Source of the DNA: Gammaproteobacteria bacterium
Lineage (GTDB): Bacteria > Pseudomonadota > Gammaproteobacteria > Eutrophobiales > Eutrophobiaceae
Direction of reading: 5' to 3'
NCBI GenBank assembly: GCA_041556555.1
Contig: JBFFIE010000006.1
Span: 5,452-69,451 of the forward strand
Length of the DNA stretch: 64,000 bases
The notes beneath the pieces were generated by a model that saw only the letters and a program-made list of their open reading frames with translations, was not told the origin of the DNA and searched no databases. This document shows, one piece after another, positions 60,813-64,000 of the stretch. Position 1 is the first letter of the stretch. Every line of letters begins with the position of its first letter. The position numbers were made by a program, and so were the translations under genes.

Positions 60813-61199
60813 TCAATTACTGGTATTGGCTGTATATTTGATTACGGCATCAGTGATCATCTGTATGGGCATGGGTTTGGTAATAAAATCCACGACACCC
60901 AGCTCAACAGCATCAAGCTTGTCTTGCGCATAATCTTTTGAGCTTACCATAATAACAGAAGTATTTTGATGCAGAGCCAGTTTTCTGAGGTCTTTCAACA
61001 GGCTGAGACCATTTTTGTCAGGCAGGATGATACTCAGGAACAACAAATCAGGTTGGTTATCTTCCAGGTAATTCCAGGAGTCCGCAGCCGTGTCAAAGAT
61101 CTTCAGTTCTACACCGAGGTCTTTAATACTGCGTCGGAATAATTTTTTAATTGCCGGGCTGTTGTCGACGAGCACAACAGTAGGCGCTTCGGTTCCCAT
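60813..61199 (-). CDS. Single-domain CheY-like response regulator (receiver only)
   Basis: 128 aa with the REC fold (VVLVDNS...DLLFLSIILPD...K). It is the first gene of a minus-strand string: RR, MBL, thiS, thiG, trmB. Confidence 0.75.
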   Translation of the reverse strand: MGTEAPTVVLVDNSPAIKKLFRRSIKDLGVELKIFDTAADSWNYLEDNQPDLLFLSIILPDKNGLSLLKDLRKLALHQNTSVIMVSSKDYAQDKLDAVELGVVDFITKPMPIQMITDAVIKYTANTSN

Positions 61200-61473
61200 G
61201 TGATCAAGCTCACTATTGTTTGGGCCAATATAGCCGCCAAGTAACTGAATTAGTTAGTTTTTTGATTATTGTACTGAGTATATCCCAAGGATATGCAGGC
61301 TCCCCAACCAGACCTGATCAAGTTTACACCAAAATTGAAAAATCTCCCAAAGAACAGGGTCTTAAATGAATGACAATACCGAAATACAATACAAAAACTG
61401 TGAGCCAGTTCCAGAATCTGCTATGGCTGCGGTAAGCTACTGGTGAATCAGATTGGAGACAGGGTTATATCGG

Positions 61474-61547
61474 GCGGGTGTAGTTCAATGGCAGAACATC
61501 AGCTTCCCAAGCTGAGAACGTGGGTTCGATTCCCATCACCCGCTCCA
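61474..61547 (+). tRNA. tRNA-Gly (CCC)
   Basis: 74 nt. The acceptor pairs GCGGGTG with CACCCGC. The anticodon loop reads cTTCCCAAg and the 3' end is CCA. It is near-identical to E. coli glyU. Confidence 0.93.
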
Positions 61548-61658
61548 AAATTCCAGCCATAAACGGGCATTGACTATGGATCTTACCGACGATGATAGAC
61601 AACATTGTAATTGGGCGAGTGCTCGCATGTGTGGGTACCTTAACCGCCGCGAATTAAG

Positions 61659-62897
61659 ATGCCCGGTGCTTTGTCTTTGATTTCACAAAACCTATGCTTC
61701 GCCTCGCGTCTGGCAGCGGTGGTGTGCATGCTTATCGCCATCTCTGCCTGCGCGACACAGATGTTTGTTCCGTCCACCATTGAGTCCCATGGCTTTGAAC
61801 AACGAGCACTGTCGCAGACCGAAGATTTCGTCAAGGTAACTGCCGCGGTACCTTCGCCCGAGGAGGTGATTGAGTTATTCGGTATCGATCTTTATGCAGA
61901 CGGAATTCAGCCAGTCTGGCTCAATGTAGAGAATACTGGCGATAAGCATGTACGAGTCACCATGTTCAGTATCGATGAAGACTACTACTCGCCGCTTGAA
62001 GTTGCCTGGCTGTATCGGAAACGCTTCACGAAGAGCAGCCGCAGATCCCTGGAGCGCTGGCTTCTGGATAATACGCTACCAAGGTTTATCCCTGCAGGTG
62101 GATCGCGCTCTGGGTTCGTCTTCACGCATACTAGCGTGGGTACCAAGGGCTTCAATGTCGACGTTTATACCGATCTCACCGCAATGAATTTTACATTCTT
62201 TGTGCCGCTACCAGGTTTCCAGCCGGACTATATGAACGTCGATTTTAAGAACCTGTATCAGGACGATGAAATTATCAGGGGCGATCTTGACACGCTGCGC
62301 AGGATGCTCAGCGATATGCCCTGTTGCACAACGGATGAGTCCAGCGAGGCATTTGGTGATCCACTCAATATCGTAATTGTAGGTACACCCGAAGCCGTGC
62401 GTCGCTCCCTGCTTCGTGGCCAATGGCAAGAGACGGAAGCAAACAGTCCGGTTACTCGTATTGCCCGAACCCATTTCTATCGCGGAAGACAGCCGGACGG
62501 TACATTTCACAAGGCGCGGCCCGACGGCCGCGAGCGCAAGGAGCTGCGATTATGGCGGGCACCGATCCTTGTTGACGGTGAGGCCGTATGGCTCGGGCAT
62601 GTCAGTTACGATATGAGTGGAGCCTTGTTTTCACTCGACATGGCAAATTATCAAATCGACCCGGACGTCGACGATGCGCGCATGTTCGTGTTGCAAAATT
62701 TCTGGTACAACCAGTCGCTGAGAGGATTCGCGATGGCTGATGGAATTCCGCCAGCAGCCATTGAAGCTCCACATACGAATTTTCACGGCTCGGACTACTT
62801 TACCGATGGTATGCGTGCTGTACTGCTAGTATCCGAGGAACCGGTCGCAATGGACGAGACGGAGATACTCGTTTGGGAGACGTATGTTTCCAAGTAA
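61659..62897 (+). CDS. Putative lipoprotein, paralog 1 (PCCTTD / GDPLNIVIVG motif; possible LssY_C-like domain)
   Basis: Lipobox IAISAC. It is about 40% identical to the next ORF. Confidence 0.5.
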   Translation: MPGALSLISQNLCFASRLAAVVCMLIAISACATQMFVPSTIESHGFEQRALSQTEDFVKVTAAVPSPEEVIELFGIDLYADGIQPVWLNVENTGDKHVRVTMFSIDEDYYSPLEVAWLYRKRFTKSSRRSLERWLLDNTLPRFIPAGGSRSGFVFTHTSVGTKGFNVDVYTDLTAMNFTFFVPLPGFQPDYMNVDFKNLYQDDEIIRGDLDTLRRMLSDMPCCTTDESSEAFGDPLNIVIVGTPEAVRRSLLRGQWQETEANSPVTRIARTHFYRGRQPDGTFHKARPDGRERKELRLWRAPILVDGEAVWLGHVSYDMSGALFSLDMANYQIDPDVDDARMFVLQNFWYNQSLRGFAMADGIPPAAIEAPHTNFHGSDYFTDGMRAVLLVSEEPVAMDETEILVWETYVSK

Positions 62898-64000
62898 TAA
62901 CACCCACATCCGTGTGAGGGGCGTCATCATCACCAGCTTCTTTTTGTATCTGTGTCTGGCCTGTCAGCTGGTGCAGGGGCAAACTCACGACGACGTCGGC
63001 AGCCAACAGGTTGCTCCACCAAACGAGCGCTTTTATGTTAAAACAGAACGCGATGTCCGCGTGACAACAGCTGTGCCAACAGTCTTTGAAACGTTCCAGA
63101 TATTCGGCGTTAGCCTCTATGCAAGGAACATTCAGCCGGTTTGGGTGCAGATCGAGAATCTCGGCGACGAGGAACTCTTGTTCCTGCCAACCAGTGTTGA
63201 CGAGGCATACTTCACTCCGATTGAGACGTCATACCGTCGCCAGAACAGGATTACCATTCTGGACTGGGCCCTGAGTCGCGACTATTACGACATGAATATG
63301 AGCATGTATATTGAACCGGGTGAGTTACGATCCGGGTATATCTTTACTCGCATCGATGAAGGAACCAAATCCTTCAACGTCGATGTCGTCAGTAAGGAAG
63401 AGCAATTCCGGATGAGCTTCTTCGTGCCTGTGCCGGGGCTGAAGCTCGATCATTACAAGATCAACTGGCAAGACCTGTATACCAAAGAAGAGATCAAGGA
63501 CGTTGATCTTGATGGCCTGATTGCAGGACTCGAAGCACTGCCCTGCTGCACCACCGACAAGAAGGCGGAATCCGATGGCGATCCCCTGAACCTTGTGATC
63601 GTCGGTAATGTCCGGGACGTCTACTATGCGTTCATACGAGCTGGATGGGATGAGACAGAGACCATCTATGGTGCATCACTTTGGAAAACCATGACATCCG
63701 CTATCGGGGGAAGTGAGTATCGATATTCACCAGTCAGCGCACTATACGTCTATGGCCGCGCACAGGATGCAGCACTGCAAAAGGCACGCACAAGTATCCA
63801 TCAGCGGAATCACTTGCGGTTGTGGATGACACCGATGCGTTACGAAGGCAAGCCGGTATGGATTGGACAGATCAGTCGTGACATTGGCGTACGAATGACC
63901 TGGAAAACCATCACCACCCACAAGATCGATCCGGATGTTGACGAAACGCGCGAATACCTGCTGGAGGACCTGGCCTACGCGCAGTCACTTGCTGCGTTTG
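62884..64000 (+). CDS. Putative lipoprotein, paralog 2 (runs off the window end)
   Basis: ATG at 62884 overlaps paralog 1 by 14 nt. Lipobox-like LCLACQ. The conserved blocks PCCTTD, GDPLNLVIVG, NHLRLW and HKIDPDVDE are shared with paralog 1. No stop codon falls within the window. Confidence 0.5.
   Translation, partial: MFPSNNTHIRVRGVIITSFFLYLCLACQLVQGQTHDDVGSQQVAPPNERFYVKTERDVRVTTAVPTVFETFQIFGVSLYARNIQPVWVQIENLGDEELLFLPTSVDEAYFTPIETSYRRQNRITILDWALSRDYYDMNMSMYIEPGELRSGYIFTRIDEGTKSFNVDVVSKEEQFRMSFFVPVPGLKLDHYKINWQDLYTKEEIKDVDLDGLIAGLEALPCCTTDKKAESDGDPLNLVIVGNVRDVYYAFIRAGWDETETIYGASLWKTMTSAIGGSEYRYSPVSALYVYGRAQDAALQKARTSIHQRNHLRLWMTPMRYEGKPVWIGQISRDIGVRMTWKTITTHKIDPDVDETREYLLEDLAYAQSLAAF

Noticed and set aside
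1-64000. CRISPR arrays, IS elements or transposases, toxin-antitoxin pairs, restriction-modification or other defence systems.
   Set aside because: No regular direct-repeat/spacer arrays, no DDE or serine-recombinase ORFs, no terminal inverted repeats, and no small coupled toxin-like gene pairs were seen on either strand.

Overview
This 64 kb window appears to come from a gammaproteobacterium-like chromosome of roughly 50% GC. Supporting synteny: argH next to an algZ/fimS-algR-like pair, mutY-yggX-tRNA, and a tkt-gap-pgk-pyk-fba block. The first ~15.6 kb is conserved central metabolism. It holds glnS (3' end), speD, purC, a beta-carbonic anhydrase, and a minus-strand tkt-gap-pgk-pyk-fba cluster with a eukaryote-type class I aldolase. 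It also holds a metK / SAH-riboswitch / ahcY / metF activated-methyl-cycle unit. The centre (about 15.7-34.9 kb) is the standout region. It is a tightly coupled operon of about 14 kb whose first gene is a sigma-54-dependent (NtrC/PilR-type) response regulator. The operon encodes an MSHA-like type IVa pilus machine in a permuted order. That order is ExeA-like ATPase (MshM-like), lipoprotein secretin (MshL-like), TPR protein (MshN-like), GspE ATPase carrying an MshEN-type c-di-GMP motif, GspF platform, PilM/N-fusion (MshI-like), PilO-like, PilP-like, a large PilX_N-type protein, and a Cys-rich minor pilin. A convergent PilS-like multi-TM histidine kinase closes the operon. Downstream, an ABC-2 transporter is split around a separately transcribed major pilin gene. 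That pilin has an exact sigma-54 -24/-12 promoter, a C-terminal disulfide loop and an intrinsic terminator. The split ABC arrangement recalls pilGHI of Myxococcus. The remainder carries housekeeping genes (bioA, rsmE, a GshA-type ligase, argH, asmA, mutY, yggX, cysQ, yrfG, trmB, thiSG). It also carries an algZ/algR-like LytS/LytTR pair, a Hanks kinase next to Rsd, two tRNAs (Phe, Gly-CCC) each followed by atypical DNA, and a cytochrome c fused to a beta-rich putative barrel. No CRISPR array, integrase or transposase was seen.
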